Translations under genes and position numbers: made by a program | The notes under the pieces: model-generated | Told to the model about the DNA's origin: nothing | Databases searched by the model: none | Seen by the model: the letters and a program-made list of their open reading frames with translations, nothing else | Assembly (NCBI RefSeq): GCF_022539665.2 | Contig: NC_081333.1 | Coordinates: forward strand, 3,224,001-3,288,000 | Direction of reading: 5' to 3' | DNA from: Daphnia carinata | Taxonomy: Eukaryota | DNA length: 64,000 nucleotides | Part shown: piece by piece, positions 38,825 through 52,400 of the stretch | How the letters are laid out: the number at the start of each line of letters is the position of its first letter | How positions within the stretch are numbered: the stretch's first letter is position 1

Positions 38825-40985
38825 AGAAGACGTGCACACGCAATGGCCGATGACAAACGACACGAAGCCGAAAACATCTTCATCAACCGGCGTCTGTCAT
38901 CAGCCCCTCCTACTTTGAAACATTCGACTTTTTTTTTTTTTTAATTTTCATTCGAACAATTCCCGGCCAGGAGGGAGAGTCTTTTCATTTTAAATGAAGA
39001 ACTTTCGGGGGTGTGGCCCGCAGTTTCTTTTCTAACAGACGCATAACGAAAAAAAAAAAAAATAAAATAAATAAATAATAATAATAATAATAATCTGCAT
39101 GAAAAATGTGTATATGATCTCCTTTTTTTTTTTTTATTTTGAAAAGCCAAAACGCTATAGATATTGAAATGAGGTCGGTGACGAGCAGTTTCATTGATTT
39201 AATAATGGCATCCCTTTTTTTTTTTTTTCGCTGTCATCACGGATCAAACAAAAACTAAAAAAAAAAACAACAAAACGTGGAGACGAAACAAACACAGATA
39301 TCGCTCTCTCTCTACACACACACACACACATAAGGAGCTATGTTGTGTGTGTGTGTGTGTGACCATCCGAAAACGATCTCGTTGCATGCGCAAGTAGAAC
39401 ACACGTCGGGAAAATTACATAGGACGCGCATAGAAGAGAACGCACGGGGGCCAATAACATCCCGCATGATCCATCCTAGTTTGCTCATTGATCCGCTTGT
39501 CTCTCTCTCTCTCTCTCTCTTTATATGCATATAGACATCATGCGGGAATCTCGTGACACACACACACACACAGTTTTTCTTTCTTTTTTTTTTTTTTCAA
39601 ATCTAGTCTTTTGTTTTTCTCAATTATTTTTTTTTGCGAGAGTTGTAAGTTTCATCCAAATCTTAAAAAAAAAAGATCTTGATGTTTTATATTTGATTTA
39701 GTCTATAAAGGTTTATTGATTTGTTTCGTCTGGCTGACTGTATATTTACATAACACGTATACGTGTGTGTGTGTGTGTGTGTGTGGCCTATCGATTGTTT
39801 GAAAGGGGACGACCCCGCCCTTCAGTAATGTTTTCTTGTTCTCTCCCATAATTTTTTTTTTTTGGCTGACATTATTTTTTTTTTTTAGATCATCAAAAAA
39901 GATGTCATCTCGTTCATATACTTCTCCCCTTTACCTATATGATTCAGAGAGAGGGGGGGGGGGATTTATACGTATACCACTCCTCTGTGTACATATACGA
40001 ATCTCTATGCTCTCATCCCTTTTCTGTTTTGTTTGTCTCTCTTGATGATGTGGCGACCACACCCAGCCTCGCCCCACCATCAGCAAATGTTGCATTCTAT
40101 TTTTAATTTTCAACGTAACATCAGGTCTGCTGTTTGAATGATCTCATCAAAACGATTCCAGAAACCCACCAATGTAAAATCCCCCCTTCTCTCCTCTTCT
40201 TTTTATCAGATAAGATTTTCAAACACATCCAACGGTCAAGTTGTGGGCGAGAAAAAAAAAGATAAAGGACATTCACATCCGCCGCCTTGTCTTTTTACAA
40301 TGTTTAATCTGCCTCTTTATTTTATAGTTTTAATTTGTTTTTTGTTTTTTTTTTATCAAAATGATTTTAGATCGTTCAACACGAAAAATGAAGGGGCACC
40401 CTGATGTGCATTTTCGTTTTTTTTAAATATTTTTTTTAGACACAGGTGCAGCTTCGAAGGCTTCCCTTCTCAGGATGTGAGTCAGATGAAACACATACAA
40501 AAAAAAAAAAGGAAGAGAGGGGGGCAGCAATAATGATGAAGGCTTTAGCCATCCCAACGATGGACGTCTCGTACAGAAAGGGGGAGGAAGAGAGCGCCGG
40601 CTCCACCCACCTCGGCTCTTTTTTCATTGGTCGGACACGTTGAAAATATCTCTTTGAAAAAAGAAAAAAAAAATAAAAAAAATTAAAAATAGGTTCCCTC
40701 ACAGCGGTGGGGCGGGGGGGGGGGGGGGGGGTTGGACAGTCCCTTTCACCTCTATTCTAAGCTCCATATCTACACCTAGCTCTGGCTGCTGCTGGCTTTA
40801 TACATTCATTACATTAAAAAAAAGAAAGAAAAGAAAAAAAAAAAATGGAAACTATATATCCCCATATTAAAAAAAAGAAAATGAATTTATGAAACATCAT
40901 CCGAACGGACTTGATCTTTTTGCGGGTTTCCTTTTTTTTTTTTTTTTTAATCAGGGAAAGGTCTTGGATATACATCATGTTATAC

Positions 40986-41017
<32 letters not shown>

Positions 41018-41072
41018 TTCTTTCTTCCGGCGACGAAATTATCCGTTTTCTAATACAAGGAAAAAAAAAAAC

Positions 41073-41133
<61 letters not shown>

Positions 41134-42340
41134 GCTTGTGCGTCGGCGGAGGGGAAATGCGTTTCAGCAAAAGCGGGGGGTGGTGGTGGTGGGGTGGGGA
41201 GTAGAGAGAAAGGGATCGAACTCTCCAACGTCCATCATCCCACTCTCACCGCTCTCTCTCTCTCTCTCTGTGTGTGTGCGCATCTAGAAATTAAAAAGGG
41301 GAAAACTTTTATTTTGTTTGTCCTTTTTTTTTTTTTTTTTTTAGGTGTACACATGTCAACCCCCCCCCCCCCTCTTTCTATCAACCACAAAGATTTATGT
41401 TACACAGGGAGGGTAACCATGGCAACCACTACAACACTTGAACGAATTTTGATTGCAATTGTATTTCACCTGTCGATCGAAGTTTCAAGCGAAATTTCGC
41501 ATTTTATCGTTTGGAATTCATTTTTTTTTTTAAATTTCCGTTAGGGACATCATTTTTTTTTTTTTTTTAAGGTCTACCCCCCTTAAAAACAAGACGTGAC
41601 TAGCCAATACTTCCGTTCAATTAGCGAAACATTGCCAACCATTTTCCCCTCACGCAGATCTGCAAAGGAGACAAAAAAAAAAAAGGGGGGGGGAAGGCGA
41701 AAAAAACAAAAACGGCAATTCAAGAACACGACTTTCAAAAGATAACGTCGTTATTTACGTATATATTTTTCTTTTTTTGTTTGTGTGTTTTCCCTTTTTT
41801 TTTTTTTTTTTTTCAAGGTAAGTTTACTAGGTGAAGCCAAGCGTTGCCATGGCCACACCACTCGCTCCGCCATCATCATCTTCTTTTTCTTTTTGAGTGT
41901 TCAAGGGTGTTCTCCACTCGGCCAGTTGCTGCTGTTTTTTTTTTTTTTTTTTTTTGTTAATCTATATATCGAAGGATAGCATGTCTCTACACACACATAT
42001 AGGGACCCCCCCTTCTCTTTCTGATATCTAGAGGAACACCTATATTTTCTTTCTTCTTCGAAAAAAACTCCCACTGTATATAAGCCCTTCTTGGCTCAGC
42101 TGCCCCCGAGAAGAGGTTCTACCGCTGCACACCTGCCGTCTTGCAACAGCAGTCACAGGGAGAGAGAGGGGGGGGGGGGGAGCAGCAGCTGAAGGAAGAA
42201 GAAGAAGAAGAAAAAGAAAAAAAAAAGAAAACCTTCCGCTTTTCTTCTCAACTCCCTCGCACAGCCAAAGCTCTTCCCCTCTCTCATGTCTGACGTCACT
42301 TTCCCTTCGTCTTCACAGTCTAGAAATTGTGATAATGAAG

Positions 42341-42374
<34 letters not shown>

Positions 42375-43147
42375 ACGATTGTTGTATAAAAAAAAAAAAA
42401 AGAAGAAGTTGGGGAGTGTAGGATACATTCAGCGAGTCGAGACGATGCAACAGCGGCGGTGATATGGTCCAGAAATGATAACCTTCGTCCGCCATACATT
42501 TTATTTTATTTTTTTTTTTTTTTTTGTTAGGGGGGGGGGGGGGGGCTATGCATCTGCTCCTATTCCCTTTCTTAAGGGGGTAGGTGGAGAGGGTGGGGGA
42601 AACGATTTGAATGCTTCTTCGAAGATGTTGTCATCTTCCATCTGCTCCTTCAAAAAATCTATTGAAAGAAACAACCCCCGTGTGTGTTTCTATGGAGCAG
42701 GTCACCTTCTTCTTCTTTTTTTCTTAAGGGGGGGGGGGGGGGTTACATCCTTATGTGATCCACCGCCACATAAGAAGATGTACTTTCATCCGGTTGGTAT
42801 TTTTTTATATATATATATATACGTAGACATCTGCAGATGGGATATCTGTCAAACGGACGCAAACATCTGCTACCTTCCATTTTTATTTTGTTTTGTTTGG
42901 CGATATCGTTTCAAATGTTTGGATAAAACGCAGCATCATTGATTATTATTATTATTTTTTTTTTTTTGGACGATACTAATATCGGTTACCGTGGCAACCG
43001 AGATAACCGGCTCTCATCAATGTGCCTTCAATTGACCACGTTAATTACTAAACATTTCAAAACAAAAAAAATCAATTAGATCAAGAGGACAGCAACGCGC
43101 ATTCATTTGTAAGGGCAGGGAAGTTGTAGACAAATATGAACGAAATG

Positions 43148-43187
<40 letters not shown>

Positions 43188-43862
43188 TTAATGCACTTGA
43201 TGAATAATGGAATACACACGTGAGCGGAGGGGGGTAATGGGTGACCGAAGGCGGGTGGATGTATATGATTGCACGCATCAGCAGTTTCATAGGTGTTTGA
43301 GAGCGAAAAGAAAAAGCACGCGTGTTGTTTTGTGTGTGGATTGAAGCGAGGTGTCGGTCGTCATGGCAACGCCGTTCTTTTTCGTGTGTGTATGTGGCCC
43401 ATTGCATAGAATAATTGTACACACACACACACACGACGCTTATATATATGGAGAGAAGAAGCTCTATCCTCTCATTTGTCACGCTGACCAATGCCTTTCG
43501 TGAATAATAGACGCACTTCGGCACCAGTTTCCCTTCTTATGTTCCATCAAAAACCTCTTTTGCCCAGCAGACTCTCTCTCTCTCTCTCTCTCTCTCTGTG
43601 TCGTCCATTGGATTATCGATAAAACAATCCCACCCCCCACCCCCCAACACACAACAAACAAACAAAAAAAAAAGGAAAACAAAGTCGACACAAATATCAA
43701 ACGGATGCGCGGACGATGACAAAGGAATCCAAATGCATTTTGTTTCGATCCAGTTTTTTTTGATTTTTTTTTAAATTCAATTCCGGAATGCCTTATAATA
43801 ATTCTATGTCTAAGCATGCTAGATAGATGAGCATAGATATCAACCGTGAAAATGTGTTGTGA

Positions 43863-43896
<34 letters not shown>

Positions 43897-46800
43897 ATAC
43901 GTCTACCGTCTTCTTCTTCGTTTGCGACGTTCCCTTGTTACCCGAGTATTTGACATTCCTCTTCCTTTTGAAAAAAAAAAAAAAATGCGCTTTGAAAATA
44001 TATAAAAACCGGTCGTCATGGCTACTCTAGTGCAGCTGGCATGCCTCTTCTACTTCTCTGTCTTCTTCTTCTTCTTTTATCGATTTAACAAAATAAAAAT
44101 AAAAAAAGCACCTGGAGAAAAAGAAACAAAACTCGAATGATTTCTCATCTCAATGGTGATACTTCCAGTTCATCAGGCTAAAAATACAGTTCACTTGAAT
44201 TTATCCTATTTCTCGAAAAAAAAAAAAAAAGAAAAAAAAAGGGATGTTTTTGTAGGCGAGGTACAGGAAAGAGCATAAAAACAAAAAACAAAAAAAAGAC
44301 AGGGAGGGCTTACGTAAACATGAAGAAAAAGAAGAAGCCATTGAACCGATACGTTATAACGACTCTACGGGACGATGACAGAGTTATTAGCGGTCCCCTT
44401 TATTTTTTATTTTTTTTCTTGTTTTTATACCAACACACACACACACACACACACACACAGGGCTTGTTTCCAGCTGACTCACGAAACCTTACATCATCTA
44501 GCGCAAACCAACAGCAAAGGGCTGAACGCACGATGATGAATAGAGTCTACGTACAGCTCGTGCTCGTTCCTCTCAATCGTGTGCCCGTCGTTACCCCCAA
44601 AAGACAATGTTTGTTTTTTTTTTTTTTTTTATTTAATAAAAAAAAAAAGAAGAGGAGGAGGAATTTGTTATTATTATTATTATTTTTTTTTTTGAATTGT
44701 TGTGTGTTTGTTGACAGGTGACCAGCAAACTGTTTTTGCTCTACAGCCTTGAAAGAGAAAGAAAAAAAAAAAAAAAATCTTGTTTTTCTTTTGTGACTTT
44801 CGAGGGGTGGGCATATCGGTGTCTAGGTGAGGGACGTGAGAGAGTAAGATCATCAGATGATAGCCAGAAGAGTCAAAGGTCGTCCCGCATTTTTTTTTTT
44901 TTTTTTTTCGCGGTGAATTGTTTTCTCCTCGCCGCTTGAGAGGGACAACAATCTCAAGAGTTTCCATCCCCAAGCGGATCGTTCCAGATTCCTCTTTTTT
45001 TCACCTGTGTGTGTGTCCCACCCCTCAATGGCCCCCCTAGTGTCTTCTATATGTGAAAAAAAAAAAAAACTCTTTCCTCTCTGTCCTTCTAAGAAACAGA
45101 GTGTCCATTTTTTCGCTATACATCCTTCTCATTTCATTAGCATAAAGCATTTCGAATTTGTGGTCCAAAATGTAGTGGAATGTTGTGTCTCTTCTTGTTC
45201 ACAAAGTCTTCCATCTTATGAATTTATTTTTTTTTTTCGCCCATTGATAGAAATGAAAAAAAAAAAAAATCAAAAACATTCCACGTGAATGGGGGGGGGG
45301 GGGTTAGGAAGAACAACATCTCAAGAAATTTATCGAAGGAGCTTTTTTTTTCTATCCTTCTTGTTTGTTTTGTTTTTTGTTTTTTTTTCACTTCATCATC
45401 AGCTTCTTATTGTTTTTAACCTTCTGAACGTATCAAACATTCCGATGAAGAGGACAGGTTTTATATATCCTGTGCTTCACTATGAAAATGACCTTATAAG
45501 GCTGTTTTAATTGTTTTTTTGTTTTGAATTTTTTTTTTTTTTGCCGACATCTTAGACTTCCATTGTTTCACCGGATAAAAACGTATAGAGCCACTCACCA
45601 ATGCCAAAGAGATTCTTCCTCGTCAATAATAAATGTATTTTTTTTTTGTTGTTTTGTTTTGTTTTTCATTCTCCCCCCTCCACTTTACACACAGAATGCT
45701 GTTCACTTGGCCAGTGATATCACGAAAAGAAAAGAGCTCATCACGAAGAGAGTTATATAACCAAATGATGTAGACACGTTTGATTTTTTGAGTTTGCTCT
45801 GTTATTAGACTTGTTCCATGATCTTACCTACTAGAAACAGCAAAAAATTAAATTTCGAATCTCGTTCGACCGGATTTGGCAACCGGATCTTTTGTTTGGA
45901 ACAAGGAATGTTTTTTTTTGTTTTTTTTTTTTTGTTGATAACAAACCAAAGGCATTTTTTTTTCTTTTCAAAAAAAAATTCCACGTCTGCTAGATTGTTA
46001 TGTTGAAACATAAGAACCAATCGGAGGCTGTTTTATCCTAGCTGGCCGTATCATCTTTACATGCGTGGACTTGTTCGCCCTCTTCTTATTTATTTATTTA
46101 TTTTTTTTTTTTACATTAGGCTATTATGCAGAGTAGCTATGACACAGCAAATCGAACCTCTCGATTTTTTTTTGGACTTTCTCTTCTAGTTAATTAATAA
46201 TTAACTCAAAGGGGAACGAGAGAAAGAGAGAGAGATGATTGATGCATCGAAATTGGAAGATGAGGACGATCTTTTTCATTATGGACAAACAAACAGATCG
46301 CTAACCCGTGAATGTTTTTAACCGCTAATAGATTTTGATTTTTTTTTTTTGGGGGGAGGGGGGCGAAGATGGGTGTTGTATATCAGAGAAACAAAACAAA
46401 AAAGGTCGTTCAACTTTCACTTTGTCTGAGAACGAACCGGGCAATTTGTTTTCATCCGTTTTCTCGGTTTGTTTGTGCAAACGAACTTTTTCCCCGTGCA
46501 GCAATAACGTCTTCATTCCGCATTTCCGGTCTGACGGAATCTTGGATATCCCCCCCCCTCCTCTGTCGTATTTTAATACGTCAAAGAACCGCGAGAAGAA
46601 GAAGAATCCAGGGCCCGCTTTTGAAAAATAGCTTCTCCGGACGGAAGTTAAACCATTCAATCTAAAAAATAAAAGGGCGGGGGGGGGGGGGGGGGGAGAA
46701 CAATAAGAATTGCATCATTCAATTTCAATAATATCACAGTGAGACAAATAGAAACAGCTAAAAAATAATTCATCCCCTTTTCATAAATTTTATTTTTTAA

Positions 46801-48529
46801 ACCCTTCCCCCCGTCTAAAATGGGAGACCTTCATTCACTTAAACAAAAGTTTGGGGGGGGGTTTAGGTATGTAGAGCGGGCTAAGGTGGGCGTACGTGTG
46901 TGTGTGTGTGTGTCGGGGGTATGACGTCAATCACGCGAGACCTCCGTTTGTATCTGGCCCGGTCTGTTGATCAATCAACCGTAGCCCAGCTTGCCGCACA
47001 CAGCTTCACTTGCAGCATTTTCATTTTTTTTTTTTCTATCCTGGCCCAGTGTGTGTATATATGTGTGTGTGTGTGTGTGTACACGAACGCAAATGCAAAC
47101 AGAACAATAATTCCTAGGAAAAAAAAAAAAAAAAAGGAAATAGATGACAAGCATTGCGGAATGAAATCGGCCCATTCAGCCCAACGGGCAAATCAGGTAA
47201 GTGAAAATATCCAGGAGTAGGGGAAAGCTTTTTTTCTTTTTCTATGGAAAGGGTTAGAATATTTACTTACTTCATTTGGCATTTTAAAGAACAAATTTGT
47301 TTTTTCGAAAAGCAAAAAAAAAAAAAAAAAAAATTTTGTTTCACACTTTTTTTCGGGTTTTTTTTTTTGTTATGGGGGAAGGACTTGAAACGGCCAAGGT
47401 TTCGTCTGCGGTTCGGGGGCCGGCTGATGATGACACGGTCCGCCACCGAACAAATAAAAAGTGACTCATATATTTCTCCTGAAATGAACTGGTTTTTTTT
47501 TTTTTATTTCTTTGTCAATCATCTCGAATCGATTGTTAAACGCAATTTTTTTTTTTTAAACGCGATCTGTTTTTTTTTTTCGCAAATCCTTCCCACCAAA
47601 AATACGTCAATTCAAAAACTAAATTGAATCTGTGCGACAAGTCCTTTTTTTTTTTTTTTTACTGTCCTTCGTCTATATGAGGCAAACCTACTGATAACAA
47701 CATGGGGATTTTTCACTCGTCCCATCCTCCTCCTTTTTTTAAATATGCATATTTATTTTAACAACCGGCCATTTTTTGTTTCTAATCAGTGGTGAACAAG
47801 AATAAGCCTATACATTTTTTTTTACGACACCTCACTAATGAGTGTCACGTGATTCGTCTAAACCACGTCTTTTGCGATCATTGTCAGTTTCAATCGTTTC
47901 TATTTTTGATGACCTCGGCATTGGACTTTGCCGGGGTGGGGTTTGACAATCGCAAAAGGATTGCCTGACCTTTGAGATATGGACCATCACATTTTGTGAT
48001 GGAAGGGCGGTGCAACAACTCATGTCGAATATACGAAAGCGAATAATTTCATTAAAAAAAAAAAAAGCCATAAACAGAGTCGCCCCGCAACGTAAGGCGC
48101 ATTGCGCAGCTGAGCAAAAAGGCCAACTGATAAACGGTGATATCACCTGTATTAGTTGACGCGGACGAATATATATATATATATATCCTGCACATTACGA
48201 ACACTATCTTTGAAAACGGTGACGTTTCATGTCGCCATCCTATTGGCCCTTCGTACAGATTTCATCTCGTCGATTAATCATCAAGTTTGCCGATAACGGA
48301 GGGCATCAAGCTGGATAGGCGTTACGTTTTTATGCAGGAATCGTAATCTTAATTGAACAAAAATAAAAAAATTATTCTGAAAATAAAAAATACACATACG
48401 TTCGAAAATGTGTTATAGCAAGAACCCCCAGTGAAACAGACAAGAGAGGCAGGAAAAAAAAAAAAAAAAAAAAGGGTCTATGAGTGGGAGGCGGGAAGTT
48501 TGAAACCTTTTGTGTGCGCACCTTTTGTT

Positions 48530-48619
48530 TGTATGAAGAGAGAGAGAGAGAGAGAGCCGCACCGGATAAGACGACGCTCTCTGTGTATGTATAGGAAACA
48601 GTACACATCCACCCACTCT

Positions 48620-48665
<46 letters not shown>

Positions 48666-48900
48666 TCCCTCTTCTCCTCTTTCGATAGGAGGAGGAGAGA
48701 GCCAAGGAGAGCGGGGAGGGGCTTATAACGGGTGCACACCTGAGTTCTTTTCTCTGTGTGTGTTTGAATATATATATATTTTTTTTTCTTCTTTCGTCTT
48801 TTTTTCCAGGACGCAGTATAGCGAGTCACGTGACCGCGCCCCCTTCTCCTCTCTCTCTCTCTGTCTCCTCTTTCTCTCTCTCTCTCGCTCTCGGCACGTC
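48530..48900 (+). promoter_or_regulatory. Probable RREB1 promoter region: long GA/CT tracts, TATA-like TATAA (48724), palindromic E-box GTCACGTGAC (48825)
   Basis: Motifs visible ~600-900 bp upstream of the ATG; TSS not determinable from sequence. Confidence 0.35.
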
Positions 48901-49461
48901 TCATATTGGACGCCTCTTATTCACCGTGTTATTCAGCTTCAGTCCAGCGCCAGGCGCTTAGCAGAGCGGTCGCATTCTTTATCAAATCCCGCTCTCTGAT
49001 TTATTCAGAAAGATAAAAAAAAAAAGAAAAAGAGAAGTTTGAGTTTGCACCATCTCGGCCACACACTTGTCCCCTCGCATCCCATTTCGAAATCTCTTTT
49101 TGAATTTTCCAATTGTTATCAACTCTCGTGCGGGGAATTTTTCGTTTCTTTTCGAACCGAGTGACATCGACATTTTAACTAAAACGTGTGAGGGCGTGAA
49201 TGAATTGAAATCGAAACAATTCGTTTCTATGTGAAATTAAAGTTCGTGAATTATTTTGTTTTGGTTTAGTGCCGTGGAAAGGACACGCGCGGACAAACGA
49301 TTGTCCTTTGATTTGTTCGATTTGGACGTTGGGACCGGGGGAGGGGGATCCCGGATCGGCAGTGTTTGATTCGTTGTGTGTGTGTGTGTGTGTGTGTGTG
49401 TGGAAGCGAGTCGATCCGGCGGAGGAGGGCGGAGACGACATTTGAGAAAGAGGAGGAGGCG

Positions 49462-52400
49462 ATGATGCAGCCTCGCGACGCTCACGACGACGGCGATTGC
49501 GCAATGGAAGAGGCAGGCGGTGTACTACACTCGTCGCCCATGCCGGCCGTCATGACTCTGACGACCAGCTCGAAGACGAACGCCTCTTGCCCATCATCGT
49601 CCAATCAGCAAACAAACGAGCAGATCAGGCACCGTCAGAGGACGGCCTCGCCGCTCTCTGCAGCCGCCGCCGATGCGCTCGTCGGGGCCAGGAAACGCAA
49701 AGCCATCAGAGTGGTCAAACATCAGCAGGTCAGTCCTCCTCCTTCCCCCCCCCCCTCCCAACTCTATTTCGCTTAATTATTATGGAATATTCATCCAAAG
49801 AAATATGGGCATTTGCATTTGTTTTTGCCTCACGCTCGTTTGCTCGTAATCGATTCAGACGTTTTCATTTGCATTGCTAATGATGTCCAAATAAAAAATA
49901 AATAATAATTGAATAGCAGGCGTCGAGTCCGATGAAAGCGGATCCCGAGCCGGAAGAGCCTATCGTTTTGACGAGAACGAGCCACCACTTGGCCGGATTC
50001 AGTGGAAACAACAAGACGGCCGAGCAAGGCAACACGTCGATGGACACGGGCGTGTCATCGGACCTGTCTGAATCGAGGCCCAGCCTGGCCGGCGAGGAAG
50101 ACGAGGAGGAGGAAGACGTGGAAATTCTGAACGAAGACGACGAACGTTCGCACGGATCGGCCGGAGAGGAAGAATCCGGCGGCGAGTTTTATCAATCGGC
50201 CGCCAGTCATCGCAATCATCATCACCGCCGCCGCATCATCGGCCGCCATTCGGAGGATTCCGAGAGCAACGATTCCGGTAGCGGACACGAAGACGGCCGG
50301 CGTTTGAGACAGAAGAATCGGCGCACGATGAGACAGCGGCGCGATCAAGGAAGGAAACGCCAGCGGACAGCGGATGAGATGATAGACGAGGATGATCATG
50401 AGATGGATCATTGCGGCGCTGATGCGGACGACTCGCGCCGCTGTCACCCGATCGGCGAGCAGAAGACGAGAATTTCGATACTCCAAGACGCGAGTAGCGT
50501 CGGTAGCGTCGACTTCTCTTGCCAGCGAGCCACGTCCAACATGATCCATCCGGCGACCTTGGCCCGTCCCGTCCTTTCTTCCGCCCACTTGGCGGCCGTG
50601 GGATCGCCACACTTGGCCGTCGAGAGCATCTCTTCTTCGAAATCGTCCGCTCCGCTGGCCGTGGTGGAGACGGGCAGCGGTGAGGCGGTCCGTGCGCCCT
50701 TTGCGACGGCGGCGACATCTAGCGGTCGGTACGCTAACCACTTGTTTCAACACGACGAGCTCCTCACCAACCCGCCGGAAGAGTACAAGAACGAGGAGGA
50801 CGATCCTTTCTCCGCCGTCCTGCGCGAAATGAAAATCAAAGGAGAATTCCCCTGCAGACTCTGCGAAGCCGTTTTCCCCAATCTGCGCGCTCTTAAAGGT
50901 CAGTTTTCAAATTTTATTTGTTTTCTTCTTATCAATGCGACAGGAAGGAAGTTGTGAAAACGGTGCGTTATCAATTCTAATCGTGTTGTTCAAACTCTTG
51001 CCAGAATTAAACACGTTAAGGAAAAAAAAATCCTTACAGTTAATGACGCTGTTACTATAATTACAAATAATATTATCTGGCGTTAGCCAAGCGTGGGGCG
51101 CAGGCGCAGATATTTGTGTCTCGTGCACCGGAAATGCGTTAGATAACCGGCAGAAAAGAGAAAAAAAAAAAAAAATCAAATAAAATCTTGCAGTCTCACA
51201 TTTACAGACGCATAACAACAAAATAGAAACTAAGACGTAATGTGGGGGATCACGCGAGATGCAAGAGGAAGACGATGGGGTTAGGGAGAACGAGATCATC
51301 TTCCTTCCTTAAACGAATTGATTGATTAAATAATCGATTCTATTTTCTTTTTCTATTTTTTTTTTTTTTTAATTTGAACCAAAAAAAAAAAAAAAAATGG
51401 AATTCAGGTCACAACCGGAACCATCTGACTCACGCTCCTTACCGGTGCAACATGTGCCCGAGCACGAGCCACGATAAGGGCGCTCTGATTCGGCACATGC
51501 GGACGCACAACGGCGAGCGGCCCTACGAATGTCGCGACTGCCAGTACGCCTTCACCACCAAGGCCAATTGCGAGAGGCATTTGCGCAACCGGCACGGAAA
51601 GGCCAGCCGGGAGGCTGTTAGGGCCTCGATCGTTTACCACTTGAGCGAGGACGCCAACCGGGCGCTGGGCGGCGATAATTCCGACCATTCCGGCAGTTAC
51701 TACCAGGGCCACAACGACCAATCAGCTCTCGATCTAAGCGCCGATCGCGACGAGTCCATCGACGGCGAGGAGGAGGAGGAGTCCACTGATTATCCGTCGG
51801 AAGAGGAAGCTGAAGATGAACGTGGCGCGGCCATCGTCGAACAAGACGGGCCGTTAGATTTGACGGTGGACGTGTTGGATTTGCGGAAGCGGCGGCAGGA
51901 AACGAAAGCCCCGCCGTCGAATTTCAATCCCGTGGCCGTCGTTCCAGTCACGTCGGCGTCGCATCATCAGAACGCCGTTCCGGCTCAGACTGTCGCTCCG
52001 ACGGCCGCCGTTGCGCCCGCCGTCCAGACTTCAGTTGCCGACGTCAAACCGGCCGTACCTTTCGCGCCGCCCTATTTCGGATCGTCTTACCCGGGCACGG
52101 TGGCCTCGCTGGCCGGCTTGCCTTTCTTCTATCCCGGCCTGGGCGGGGCCAATTATTCCGCATTTTTCGAATCGAAACTGGTCGAAATGGGCCATCAAAA
52201 TCCGGCTGTTGATCTGTCCGCCTTGGCTTTGGCCGCTGCTCATCACGACGCGCTGCGTCAGGCCCAGCAAGTGCAGAAACCTCAGCCGAATCATCCGCCG
52301 CCGGCCTCGTTGGTCGAAGGGCTCTTAATGCCCGCTGCTAAAAAATTCAGCGCTGACCCCGCCGAGAACGTCCGTCCCGTCCCGATGCCCATCCCGACGA

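Noticed and set aside
24900..48500. Numerous 60-280 aa ORFs rich in F, K, R/E and C/V
   Set aside because: They are translations of homopolymers and microsatellites with no domain-like content
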